64,000 nt of DNA. It comes from Lepidodermella squamata (taxonomy: Eukaryota > Animalia > Gastrotricha). Positions 52,030 to 64,000 of the stretch are shown piece by piece. The position numbers were made by a program, and so were the translations under genes. Within the stretch, counting starts at the first letter, position 1. Every line of letters begins with the position of its first letter. Below the pieces are notes generated by a model that searched no databases, was not told the DNA's origin, and worked only from the letters and a program-made list of their open reading frames with translations. The stretch lies in the NCBI GenBank assembly GCA_047495785.1, contig JBLDXI010000054.1, forward strand, positions 1,302,001-1,366,000. The letters are read 5' to 3'.

Positions 52030-55000
52030 TTAATCGCAAACATTGAAAAAGTGGTTTTTAGCAAGTAAAACCCTCAGATCATCCTCTTCATCACTACCAA
52101 AGAAATTTTCGTCATTTTCATCGTCGTCGATCAGAGTCTCATCAATGTCGTCTTCATCATCGCCCTCTTCACACTGAGAATTATCAGGGTCGAAAATATC
52201 TTGTTGCTCCTCCATAGCGGCGATGATAGTTTCGAAAGAATCGCGATTTTCTCGCAGAGCTCGTTTCGCCATTGGCCCAATTTCCACATTTTCAAGCATC
52301 GACGCCACAATCATGCCAACAATTATTTGGAGATACATAAAATACGTCTCGAAAACGTCGTCTTCGCTATGAGTTAGAAATTTATTCTCCTCAATTTCTT
52401 CAAAAATTCGTAGATAAGACGCCAATTGGTCGATAAAATTCGAGATTTCATCAAAAATCACAGCTGATTCGTCGAAAATCGATTCGAATGAAGCGAGAGG
52501 AGGAGATCGGCCGAAAATCGAGTGGAAACTGAATAAGTAATTGACTAATATACGCAGATTTTCTTCGTCAAATCTCGACGAGTCGTTGATGATTTTATAC
52601 AGATTTTTCGCAAGATTCCCAATTTCAGCGCCGTAATTTTTCGCCCATTTTCGACGGCAAACCACGTCACCAGACCGAAAAATTGCTGTAACAAATCGCG
52701 TGTGGATCGCATTCGTGCTGTCAAAATGATCGGAATTCAGCGAAAATTCGAAAATAGGCCGGGCGATATCCGTTTTTAAAGCCCTAGCGAAGACATTTTT
52801 CGGGAAAACAGCGAGAAATGACAGCGTTTGGAACGTAGAAGAGACCACATTTTCATCGCAATTTTCAGGTAAAACTGATGAAATCGCGCTGATGAATCGT
52901 TTGGAGAAAGGCGCCGACATGCCGATGCGAATTCTCGAAAACATGCTCATCGTTTTTAAGGCGGCTGTTGACAGGAAAATCATGAGAAAGTTGAAATCGT
53001 TGCGGCCAGTCTCCGTTAAATTGCCGTAATTTTTCGCCAAAAATTCGGCGCGTTTCGATAAAATTTCGTAAAATTGCGGCTGAGATGCGAACATAGCCTC
53101 GAGATTATCAGTCTCCAAACGCGACGCCAATTCAATCAAAGGCTGCTGGCTCAACGCGAGAATCGTTCGAGAAGTATAGGGCGGAGTTTTCATAATTTTC
53201 TCCGCCTCATTTTCCAACATTAAATGCTTCCATTCAGAGAAACCAATCGTATTAAGTAGCAGGATTCCGTTCAAAATTTTCGGGAAATCCGCGAAATTTT
53301 CGAGATATTTCGATTTTTCAGATTTCAACAATAGACATAACGCAGTGAGGTAGGTTGATGGGAAATTGATGCAGTAACTCAAGCATTTAGCCTCTCGATT
53401 CGAACTATTTTCGCAATGAAGCAAATCGCCGTGAAAGATGAAAAGCAGCGCGAGTTGCGTTAAGGTGGATATATCGTCCATTTTTGTAGTCGAGTCTTCA
53501 TATTCTTCGCGATTTCTAGTGAGAAACGGAATCGCGAAACCGACGTAGTTTCTTAGCACGTCTGAGAACATTCCAGGTTCGGCGGCCGCCAATTTCGCCA
53601 GAGATTCTTTCGAGATGAGAGATAACCCGAATCGAACGATGAAATCGTGGTACCATTGCTCGTTGAGCAGGAGGCTTGTGGGGGTCTTCTCCCGGTCAAC
53701 AGGTTCTGATGGGGAAGTTGGGTAGATCCAGGACCATAAATAATCAACAGTTCGAGAAATCCAGCCTAAAAAATTTAGAAAAATTAAAAATTAAAAATCA
53801 ATCGATTCGAAAAAATCATTTGAACTTTTTTAAATTTATAGTCAAAAATGTTACGCCTTAAGAAATCGCTTTATTTTTTTGTTTGTAGGACTGGAAATAA
53901 GTCTCCCCCAAATCCCCCTTAACACCCTTCGTACGTTACGAATTTATTTCTTGGAGCATAAGCATAATTAATTTTTCTCCGAGTTCAGTGATCACAAGGA
54001 TCAACGTCGAGATAAACTGGAAAGCCCACAAACAAAACAGAACTGACTGAACTGACTACATTTTAGCTATCCAGCTATCTCTCTGTTGTAGCTGCTCTGA
54101 TTTTTCAGTCGCGTTGCAATGAATTGCTTTGGTAGCCGCAACCAAATCACTTAGAACAACAAATTATTTCACATATTTTTGCTTCCGCTTAGAAGCCATG
54201 GCTGAATAGCTTTACGAACAGAAGGTTTCGCTGTGACTTAGGAATATGTACGCTGATTTGTTTTCATGATTATTACTGGCTTTCACGTTTTGGCCGCGTG
54301 ATGTGGCCGAAGTCGTCGAGCTGAAGACGAGGCCATAACTTAGGATCTATTCGCGGGTCGCAGAAGCCGGCTCTGGCAGCTCAAGCCGCAGCCCTCAGCC
54401 GTCAGAGAGCTGGCCGGTTGCCGCATCCGGCACCTCTACTGACGTCAAGTATGTCCGGACGGACAGCTCGAGCAGCATGGACCGATAACAGAGCGATGAT
54501 TGAATGATTTGGCTAAAAAATTAAAAGTGATTCACAAAATTTTGCTATCGCCGCTTTCCGTCAGCGTGTTGACACTTGTTGTAACTTCGATTATTGGCAC
54601 ATTTTAAATGTCACAAAATATCACAAAACAGCCCGCTCAAACTATTACGCGTGCAGGGCTGTCCCTCTATTCGAAAAAGCTTCTTTGTACGTTCGATTAA
54701 TCTGTTCGATTAATTTGTGATTAATCGAATTATCGATCGAGATCAAGATCTGAATAACGATCGAGATCGAGATCATCGAGATCGGATGTATCCCGAACTG
54801 GATCTTGAGCGTTATTTCCAAGCATTCCTCAACGTAAGTATTGCAGTGTGTGATTGATTCTACCTTTCCACTAGGTAGACGAAGAAGAGGAAGAAATTAT
54901 GTTGAATGAATGAAATAAATGAAATATTGAATGGTGTTTCCAGCCTTTTGTCATTTTCTAACAGGTCCCTTCCAGTAACATGGAAGACAATCGGATAGTA

Positions 55001-57215
55001 CAAGCTCAAAAGCTCAGGCGCCCATCTTTCATCAAACTGGCTTTCCCGTCGAATTCACGCAGCTATTCTGAAACAGTGCATTGGCCTAGTACCGCCGCTA
55101 TTACAGTGGGGAACTGATTTACTTCTATTATCATGTGTTCAAATCAATTGCAGCCGCCCTAACCCGGCAATATATGCCAGGGCTTCAGAACCCCCAAGTA
55201 TCTTAGAATCTCAGTATCTCAGCCTTGGAGTTTAAACTCGACCGTCAAATGCGTAAGAAAAATGCTATCAAGATACAGACATAGCGCCCGCGGATGAAAC
55301 AGCAGTCTGGCTCAATTGTCTATAAGGCGATAAGAGCGACGCAGTAGGCATCAAAACCACCGGGCATGAAAAGGCAAAGATAACTGATTCGAGCGGTGAC
55401 GCCAAAACGCAAATCAAGCCATTAGTTTTAATTAATCGAGCGAGTTGAGCCGATCAAAGCTAGTAGGGATGTCGAAAACACGGTATTTTACGAATGAACG
55501 GAATTTCTAACGTTAATTGATTAAGTGGATGGAACTAGAAACGTAAAGACGAGATTATCATTTTTATTTATGCTACAACTGCTGATAGACTAGGTAATTT
55601 TGCCGGCTAGACAGTATCCCATTGATAGCCGATTTACTGAAATTCGTACCTCCATTCCTGAGACAAATTTGAGATTAATATCCTTAGAATACACATTCAC
55701 TGTAGCAATAAAAGCTTTTTCGTAATCTCAGTGATCTCCGGAGAGAAACTTGATAATTCGAATGGGTTTCAACCGTGACGTTACCACTCATTTTATAATA
55801 ATTAAGAATATAACAAAAAAATATTAAGACACATTCTAAAATCAGGAATTAAAAATGTGATAGCAATTTTTCCAAATTTGCAAATATTCGTAATATTCAA
55901 AAGACTAAATTACTTTTCGCAAACACATCAAATCTCATGGCCAGAAAAATTTTACATCAGTTAGTATGTCGCTTGTTAATAGAATAAAAAATTCCGGAGA
56001 AATTTGGTTCAACCGTTCAAATTAACGAAAATTACCGAACCAGTTATCATCAGGGAGTTTCCAGTTTTTTGGTAAATTTGTTATTCTTCCCTTAAATCGA
56101 GTATAAAAAAATTCTCTCAGCGGGTTTTATTTAATAGGCCTTAAGGCTTAGGTACGAGGAAGAGTTTTCGAAAACGGCTTCCTAGACCAATGATATCGGG
56201 AAAATCACATATCCGTGAAATCGAATCCTGAAATCGATATTGGCTCTGCTAAATGAACGATATTCAATAGCGTAAATTACACGTAATATGGAGAACTACC
56301 TAATGCTTATTAATAATAAAAAAATAGAGAATTAATAGGAAATTAGAAGTTGAAAAATCAGAAAAAAAATATAAAAAAATCTTGAAAATCGTATTCCTGG
56401 GAAGTTTGACAATGTGATTATAAAAAAGACTAAGTTTTTATACCAGTATAACGATGAAATTTAATAAACACTCACCCGTCGGTCCGGTAGAATTCTCATC
56501 AATTTGCTCGACAATAACCAGCCAATTCGCCAACAGCATCATGAACCACGACAAAAACCGCAACTCAGCCGGGTCAGCCGTCGCGAAATCGATACTGCTC
56601 AACATTTTCATCAACCGCTTGTTGTACTTCAATCGCGGAATAAAATCAGTCCTTGTCTTCAAATATTTAACAACCGCCCGCCGTTTTCGACCATTGCCCA
56701 CCATCAAATGAGCTATACTATGCGTGACATTGAACAGCGCCCTGTCCCAGGTGATTTTATTATCCATGTCTAAAATCGCTTCGAGGTTCTCGTTCAAATT
56801 TTCGTCATCGAATTTTCCGACCGTTCGAACAGAAAACGTCCGTTCCCAAACCAAATTGCCTAACCCGGTCGGGTACCCAAGGCAGGAATAGGCGTAGACC
56901 AGGGGCGAGTAGTCTCGCTCGCCCCGAGACGGGCCCTCGTGGAATCGACAGACAAACCCCAACGCGGCAGCTTCGAAGATTTTTTCCTGTTGCATGTAGG
57001 ATAAAGCTAATCCATACAAGCAGTCGTAGCCTGGCGCGCCGTAAACTCGGCTGGCTTTCACGAACGAGTCTGCAGCTTCTCGGTATCGCTTTGACCCGTT
57101 CGATCGATTACCTTCCTTGCAGTGGTTACTGTATTGATTTTTCAATTTTAGAGTCTTCGACTGCTCACCGGCTGCATCGGCGCGATTTTCGGTGACGAAT
57201 AACCGAAATAATTAG
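52030..57215 (-). CDS. helical protein family copy D with acidic C-tail; exons ~57215-56476 and 53765-52030 (2710-nt intron); 5' end disrupted or missing, possible pseudogene
   Basis: Phase-1 splice ACG G|GTGAGT ... TTTTTAG|GC TGG is in frame. TPR-like segment EGNRSNGSKRYREAADSFVKA. Stop codons lie where the family FG....PGS N-terminus should be. Confidence 0.7.
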
Positions 57216-58827
57216 TTATTTTCGATCCAGTTGAAGGATGTGCAATTTCAAATACGCTCTAGTTTCGAGAAAGGACCTAGCTCAAACAAAAAAGTGCCGA
57301 AATTATTTGTCAGACATCCTCTAACGGGAAAGAAAACAGCTCTTCAACTCTCAAGCATATTGACCAGGTTTAAAAAATTGAAAAAAATCAGTCCCCGTTC
57401 GATTAGGTGCCAATGTTCGGCTTGATTTTTCAAGTTTTCCATGAAAATTTACCGATAAAATCCACCGAAAAATGGCAAATTGTTCTTTTCTATAGCTTTA
57501 TCTGAAATTATTCATTCCAACTATTCACATACATATGTTGACTGTAATAAAGTGCTCCTTCGTATGATTCTCGACGAGAAGGAAGATAGGCACAAAATCA
57601 TATACTGATGCCTTATGGAGATTCGAAGAAAGCGGTGTTTCGGCGAATTTACGGTGTTGTAAGGAATTTTCACCCTTCCATTGTCTTCTGTTTTTATTAT
57701 CACAAACAAATTCGCCCCAGATGGAACGACCATAATCTGATGAACTTACGGAAATTTTGAGTACCAGATTTTCTAATAAAGCTGTTAAAAATTATGCCTT
57801 ATTACGGTCATCATTCTTGCAAAATGTTGATACAAATTAAAAAATTTCAAAATATACTCTAACCTCTATTGATTATTGATAACTAAAGCCCATTCGTTTC
57901 GGCTTTAAATTTTGGGTCATGGCGTCGGCCGACTGTTACCCTGCTAGCACGAGACTGTTACACCTCGTGCTTTACACTGGCGCATCTGATTCTTCCACTA
58001 TTCCACTCGGAACAAAGGTTGTAACAACAATGGTCGAGCAAACTCCAGTTGAAGATCGAGGTTGAAGATCCCGTTTGGGACATCCTTCTTTCTATCGGAA
58101 GGAGTGGTCAGAAAAATATTCAATTTTTTCTCGTAAATTACACATCAAAATTACTATATCTACAAATGTCCATGCCAGCCTGATAGCGGAATAAGGATAC
58201 GGTCCTCAACGGGTTAGGGCCTTGCTTCGCCACTGAGAAAAGTTTGAAAAAACCAACTCCTCTGACAATGAATACCTTTCAAACTTAGCCGAAATATCGA
58301 CTACTAAGACGTTGAAGTCGGGTTTATTCTGAAATAGGGTCCTAGGTTTTCGCTCTCTTTAGCTCAGCTTCAAGCACAATTTAAAAATCCGACTTGAATT
58401 TCAAATTATTTCAGAAAGATGAATTCACGAATAAAAATTATGAAAATTCTAATCGATTTCCTTTCAATGATTTTTTAAAAATTTGCGAAATTTACTCAAT
58501 CACATCTTAAACTCACCGAGATTTATTACCTTCGGTTGTCTTCTTCAATCTTTAAATAGCGTTCTTCCGTTACAGCATCTCCAGCGGATATCAACAGGAA
58601 AAAAATCTAAAAAAAACCGGATTGAAAAAAATTATTGCAACATAACAAAATGTTTATTCAAACTAATATTGCGAGAAAATTGAGCAACAACAAAATTAGC
58701 AAGCACTCGGCAGGCATGATTGATACAAGGCAAGGATTGATATCAAGTATAAGAGAATGTATGCAAGTTGATCTATTTACAAAAAATAGTTGATCAAAGC
58801 TGAATATGTTGAGATTTTTCGATGAAA

Positions 58828-61110
58828 TTAGCAGACGCGAATAGCTTCATTCGCCGAAATTTGACTGTCAAACTGCGATATGACCCATTTGATCGACCCA
58901 TTCTCGGCGGTCAGATTCTTCCGGAAAGCGAAATTGACTTTCGCAAAATTCGAAATCGTAATTCCAGTCACAGTTCGTAAAATCGGCAAATAATCTCGAT
59001 TTTCTGCGGGATTTTTCAAGACGAAACTCGGTTTAAGAATCGAATTCAGATCGTCAATGATTTTCGCAGCTGATTCGTCGCAATTTGAAGTAATCGACAG
59101 AAAAATATCGTGAAATTTCACGATTTGAGGCGACCGGCCGAACAGGGCGTTAAAAGCCATCATGCAATTTATTTGATCAGAGATCGGCAATGAAAAAAGC
59201 TTCCTCGAGGCGAAAAAATCGAGGAGAAATTTCCCGATCTGGAAGAACTCAGATTCGTAACATTTTGACCATTTTTTCCGGGTCGTTTCGTCAGCAGTTC
59301 GGAGAAATACAGCGAGAAATCGCGATGAAGTCACCCGTTTTTCTTTGCCGGAAATTTCCTTCGAAATTAATTTCAAAATTGTTTCATCACCGGATAAATA
59401 CGAAAAATTAGAGCTTCCAGCTACAACTGTGATCGAAGCAGCGAAATCGAGAGACTGTTTCAAATATTCAAAGGCGAAATCGTTGTTCTTCAAACAGCTA
59501 TCCAGCGAAAAAATTGTCGAAGAAAGACCTCGAATTAATCGTTTTGACAACTGCGAGTAAGTCGATACTCGTTTCAATTGAGCCAAATTCGAGACAGATG
59601 ATTGAATCAACGCGATAATTTGAAGAGTTGTCATGAACAATTTCACGCCTTTTTCATTCAAATCTCCGCTGATTTCAGTTAGAGCTTCCAATCGGTTCGA
59701 TAAGCAGAGAAATAGAGGCAAATCACCGAGAATAAAATCCACCTTATCGAGTTTCTTTAGTTCAAATATCAGGATTTTGAAGATTTCATCGATATCGGTT
59801 AGCAAATGAGTCATTTTCGCATTCGATTGAGTCGATTTCTTCAGAAGACTAGGCTTCGCAACATTGAAAGCAATTGAAGACAACAAGCTGAGCAAATCGA
59901 AGCAACGAAGTGTTGATTCTTTTGAAAAAATCAGGTTAGAACAGCGATTTTCCAGTGAAATTCGTAAAATCTCGATCAAATCCCCCGAAAAATTCAACTC
60001 ACTCATCTTCGATTTACAAAACAATTCGACAGTTGCGAAATTAACACAGGGTGAAACTTCGTTAAACGGCTTCAAAATTTGAGTCGAATTATGGGAATTC
60101 ACAATGGTATCGAAAATCGGTTCGCAAAATTCGAAAAAACCGCTCAAGAGATCTTCAGAGACACGAGGCTCCATTGAAGACAATTTCGCTAGAGCTTTTT
60201 TGCTGGTGATATTCGCCACAAATCGTCTGATAAACTCAGCGTACCAGCTTTCTTTCAACAACCATCGAGAAATCGGCCGATCCCACGCGAAAATTGATTT
60301 GAATTTTCGAATTGCCCAATCAATAGTTCCTGAATTTTCGCGTTTTTCTGAGGCAGCAATCCAAATACCGATGAGTTTCATCAACCACGCGATGAATAAC
60401 TGATCATTTGGTTCTGAGGTGAGGAAATTCAGATTTGAAAAAGTACTCATCAGTCGAGGGTTTTTTCCAATTCTTTCGACAAAATCCGACCGTTTTCGAA
60501 TGACTCGTAAAACAGTGGCGAAATCGCCGTATTTCAGGTGGCAAATCAAGTGAGTGACGTAAAATAATCGATTCTTGCCTTCAATCGACAGAACTTGATC
60601 GATCGAGTACTCGAAGTCTTCTTCGTTCATCTCTCGGGTCGCTTTTCCGTACTGTTTGTTACACCATCGAAATCCAGGGAAACCCTCCGTGTAACCATAC
60701 GCCGAATACGCGTTGAAGAACAGTGATTTGTTAACCGGAGATTTGCCGTACTTCTCGCATAGTATGCAAGCCATCGCAGCCGCTTCTTTCAGGTGCTTTG
60801 AAGCTAAATGGACAGAAATCGTAGCTTGAAGGAGTTGTTCGGTGAAACCACCAAGAACGTGAAACGCTTGGTTGAAGCAGCTCATGGCTTCTTTGTAAGA
60901 ATAATTTTTCGAAAATTCGTGGCCTTGTTGCAACAAATCATCGTATTTTTGGCGGCGCTCGTCGACAAGTAAACGGCCTCCAGCGGCGAGAAATCTCACG
61001 TCTTTCAAGAAGCGTTCCAAGCTATCACTGCTGGTCAGATGAATAACCATGTCGCAAACTTCACGAGAGCCGGGGCTAGTATCATCGCCGAAAATCAATT
61101 CAAAAGCCAT
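58828..61110 (-). CDS. helical protein family copy E (760 aa, intronless)
   Basis: Intact ORF beginning MAFELIFGDDTSPGS; TPR-like LLQQGHEFSKNYSYKEAMSCFNQAF; shares family motifs. Confidence 0.88.
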   Translation of the reverse strand: MAFELIFGDDTSPGSREVCDMVIHLTSSDSLERFLKDVRFLAAGGRLLVDERRQKYDDLLQQGHEFSKNYSYKEAMSCFNQAFHVLGGFTEQLLQATISVHLASKHLKEAAAMACILCEKYGKSPVNKSLFFNAYSAYGYTEGFPGFRWCNKQYGKATREMNEEDFEYSIDQVLSIEGKNRLFYVTHLICHLKYGDFATVLRVIRKRSDFVERIGKNPRLMSTFSNLNFLTSEPNDQLFIAWLMKLIGIWIAASEKRENSGTIDWAIRKFKSIFAWDRPISRWLLKESWYAEFIRRFVANITSKKALAKLSSMEPRVSEDLLSGFFEFCEPIFDTIVNSHNSTQILKPFNEVSPCVNFATVELFCKSKMSELNFSGDLIEILRISLENRCSNLIFSKESTLRCFDLLSLLSSIAFNVAKPSLLKKSTQSNAKMTHLLTDIDEIFKILIFELKKLDKVDFILGDLPLFLCLSNRLEALTEISGDLNEKGVKLFMTTLQIIALIQSSVSNLAQLKRVSTYSQLSKRLIRGLSSTIFSLDSCLKNNDFAFEYLKQSLDFAASITVVAGSSNFSYLSGDETILKLISKEISGKEKRVTSSRFLAVFLRTADETTRKKWSKCYESEFFQIGKFLLDFFASRKLFSLPISDQINCMMAFNALFGRSPQIVKFHDIFLSITSNCDESAAKIIDDLNSILKPSFVLKNPAENRDYLPILRTVTGITISNFAKVNFAFRKNLTAENGSIKWVISQFDSQISANEAIRVC

Positions 61111-61685
61111 CTATTTCACATTCAAATAAAATATGAACAACAAATTATAAGCAACCCATTGCACAGACCAAAGATACTTGATTTTTCAGCAAAATACTAT
61201 CGAAGGGCATCCATTTCGTGATTACATGATTACAACCACAATGGCTCAATTAAATGAAGGCTATTGGTTCATGAAAAGAGGCTGATGAAGGCCCACAAAT
61301 CATCTGGAGTAGAGGCGAAACGAACTTCGCTCTTCAATTATAACGACAAAGCGAAGATTTTGTCGTGGCCCGATCGGAGCCTCGATAGCGACGGTGACGT
61401 AACAGACTGCGGCGGCTGGCTAGGATTTACATAATCAAAGTTCCTCGATAGAGGAATCGAAAATGCGAGAAACTTTGATAACGTAAGCAGGTAAGGTAAG
61501 ATCGTACGAATTTCGTAAAGAGTCGCGATATGTTCAGTGACGCAAGCTACGCATTTTGTTATTTACGAAATCAAATATCCCGATACATGCCAGTTACCCA
61601 ATAGAAAATCGTCGACCTAGATCCTAGATCAAGATTGAGTTGAAAGCAGGGTGGCGATAAGAGAAGTGTTTCACTGTTGCTTTTC

Positions 61686-61701
61686 TGTGTGTGTGTGTGT
61701 G
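61686..61701. repeat. (TG)8 microsatellite
   Basis: Read directly from the sequence. Confidence 0.8.
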
Positions 61702-62109
61702 CATTCTCATTGACGCCGCGTTAAAAGAGCCTTTTAACATATATACACTAGATAGAGGATAGAGAATTAGGTGATTGTACGGTATCTAAACAGACATAAT
61801 TACATAAATCTAGCGGTAGACTTGGCGGTGCGCCGTGTTCCGCAAATCACGGAAACCGAATCTGAGGGGCCATTCCCCTTCTCGCAGTGCCGCTCTTGGG
61901 TCTAGAAGCACTAATATAACGCACATAGAATTAACTAACATGGAAGAGACCTTCATAATTCATAATGAACTTTACAAAATTAAACTTAACGGGTCTAGAG
62001 ATAAGCAAGCCATTCATTCTGATGTTCATGTTCATACTGGAAGATGGATGGTGGCAATTTTTACGGGTTAGTGGGTTAGGGTTAGGGCGAGAGATTGAGA
62101 GTTAGGGCC

Positions 62110-62910
62110 CGATTGAAAACGACTTGCTATCGTATGACCTGCAAACTTCAGATATGTCATCAAACAGAGCTAGCCGAGGCGATAACAACAATAACTTGAT
62201 GATAGTTCTCTCAGGGTTGATTGGGTTTCCGACATTTGATCGAGCCCGAAATCCACGGTGGATTGTACCGAATCTTCACTTCCTTTCGCGGCAGTAACAG
62301 ACAACAGATTTCCCTGAGGCTCGCAATATCGGGTGCGCTACCACAAACCGCAATGACCAAGTCGGAACCACGTGGCCCAAGGCATCGCGCCAAAACCGAT
62401 TTGAACACACGAATGTCAAGGTGAAACACATGCCCTAAATATTAACATGAAATTTCAAGTAATATAATGTTCTAAGCAGTAAGATAGTCCAATTGCGTCT
62501 CAAAGCTTTAGTTTTAAAAGCATGCATTTTTTATTTTTTTTTAATTGTTCGATGAGCCATGAGCCCGTTTCCCGTCGTCTGTCGTCTCACTATCGAAAGT
62601 CAGCGGCGGAGAAATGACTGGTGCTGTTTTCACAAGCTTATTTCCCGTTTACTGTCAAATCGCTTTTTTGAGCATGCATTTGTCGATGTTTCCGATCGTA
62701 CGTGGCCAATGCCGCTTATCAGAAAGCAGCTTCCAGAATTTAATAAGGCAGATGAACCCTTGTGTCTCATTAATGTGGTTGATTTTCAGGCCACTTTCCG
62801 CTTTAACGATGACAGAATCTCGCGAAATAAGCCAACTGATCACCCCTTTTGTTCAGTTTCCTTTTCACGGCTGACGCTTCGGTACAGGGCGCTGGTGTTG
62901 CCGCCCTAAC
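62110..62910. mobile_element. decayed LINE fragments in opposite orientations
   Basis: Minus strand LP.KEVKIRYNPPWI resembles the EN-RT linker PW motif. Plus strand LTIESQRRRNDWCCFHKLI resembles the LINE ORF2 C-terminal L..RR...DL...YK motif. Confidence 0.4.
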
Positions 62911-63327
62911 TCGAGCGCAGGCTTACATTTCCCCATCTGGTTAGTGGACGTTTCAACGCTTTGTAGCCGCATTTCTTCGTGATTATTTCGGTCTTGTGAG
63001 GTCCATCCATGAATTTAAGTCATTATTCGAATGAATAGTTAAACATTTGATTTGATTTGATTTATCAATATAAGCTCTCGTGCAATAAACGGCAATGAAC
63101 GACAGCAGTGTGTACTATTCCAATTTATTTCTTAAACCAACCCAAGTTAAATCTGTTTCGAGAGAAAGTACGCTAATTTGTCAAACTCTACTGTGAGAAA
63201 CCAAGGCTATTATATAGGATGTGATCTCAACTAAGAAGCTACTCATCAGATTCAATATTCATATCCGAATTAAAAAGCTGCTGGCTGACCGTGCACGGCT
63301 GGTTTAGGCTTTAGCGGCGAAAAAAAA

Positions 63328-64000
63328 TTATAGAGCCAGCCGTTGGAGGGCTGCCTTGCAAGCAGCAGCTAATGCATCCACGGCCGAGGCTAACACATCA
63401 ACGACAGCTTTTTTATAAAGATTATCAGTGGTCGTGGTCGCGTTCGTAGTCGTCGTGGGTTGGGTCGTAGTCGTGATAAAAGGCGCAATCGTAGTGTCCA
63501 AGTTGATGCCCAGATTTAACTAGAAAACACAAGAATTTCGTATTTAAAGCTGTCAAGCCGCTCAAGCAATGATATTTACATCAGCCGATGCGTCGTAACC
63601 GTTGCAGAGAAGCATTCGCTTGGTAGTATCGAAGCCTGGAGATGTGAGGTACTGACCCTGCGCATTAATGTAAACACCCTGACCCGGCGAGAAGCTTAGA
63701 TTGCCTTCCTGAGAGTTATTGTAGCCAGCAGCCGGACTCCAGTTGGTGAAGCTTGTGTTCGTGAACTGTGTGCCATCGTCCCCTAAAGAGAAATTTTAGT
63801 GAAAAATACAGGGCGAATCAATGGCATTTACATGTCCAGCCATTGACGCCGATGCTGTTGTCATTGGCGTTGTGAAGGCCGATCCAGAATTCGTTGCCAA
63901 GGCCAGCCACTGCCTTGATCGCAGCGTTCAAGTCGTCTCGCGACTGGATGGTCGCCAAACCTCGGCGACAAGCGACTGAAACGCCGGTTTCGGGGGTCGT
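63328..64000 (-). CDS. C-type lectin-like domain protein, 3' part (5' end outside the window); exons >64000-63832, 63782-63580, 63519-63328
   Basis: LATIQS, FWIGL, W.WDDGT and FTNW CTLD motifs across 49- and 60-nt introns, followed by a Thr-rich stalk and an Ala-rich C-terminal helix. Confidence 0.85.

Noticed and set aside
54680-54790. GATCGA/ATTAATCG short repeats resembling an array
   Set aside because: Low-complexity sequence with no constant repeat-spacer structure; not CRISPR (eukaryotic context).
53910-56170. Possible TTAA/piggyBac element forming the copy D intron
   Set aside because: TTAACACCCTTCGTACG has no convincing matching right TIR.
62065-62107. TTAGGG-like interstitial telomeric repeats
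   Set aside because: Only 3-4 imperfect units; too short to call or to use for taxonomy.

Overview
Compact animal (metazoan) genomic DNA with very short GT-AG introns (mostly 49-61 nt), so most ORFs in the track are exon fragments. The organism cannot be identified from the sequence. Reconstructed genes: (1) five divergent GABA-B-like class C GPCRs (Venus flytrap domain + 7TM, no coiled-coil tail) in two subfamilies; (2) five copies plus one relic of an uncharacterised ~760-aa all-helical cytosolic protein family (N-terminal TPR-like, then ARM/HEAT-like); (3) a secreted S1 serine protease with two sushi domains that probably splices into a downstream ankyrin-repeat exon; (4) a small secreted Cys/Thr-rich protein; (5) the 3' part of an atypical C-type lectin gene. 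Mobile DNA: a near-intact DD41D Tc1/mariner element carrying a second, spliced antisense gene; a Mutator-like foldback; piggyBac-type and TA-type MITEs; and hAT, Gypsy and LINE relics. Most notable: the two-gene DD41D element, the protease-sushi-ankyrin fusion candidate, paired loss of both canonical disulfides in one GPCR subfamily, two independent long intron gains in the helical family, and a repeated [helical gene -> GPCR] arrangement.
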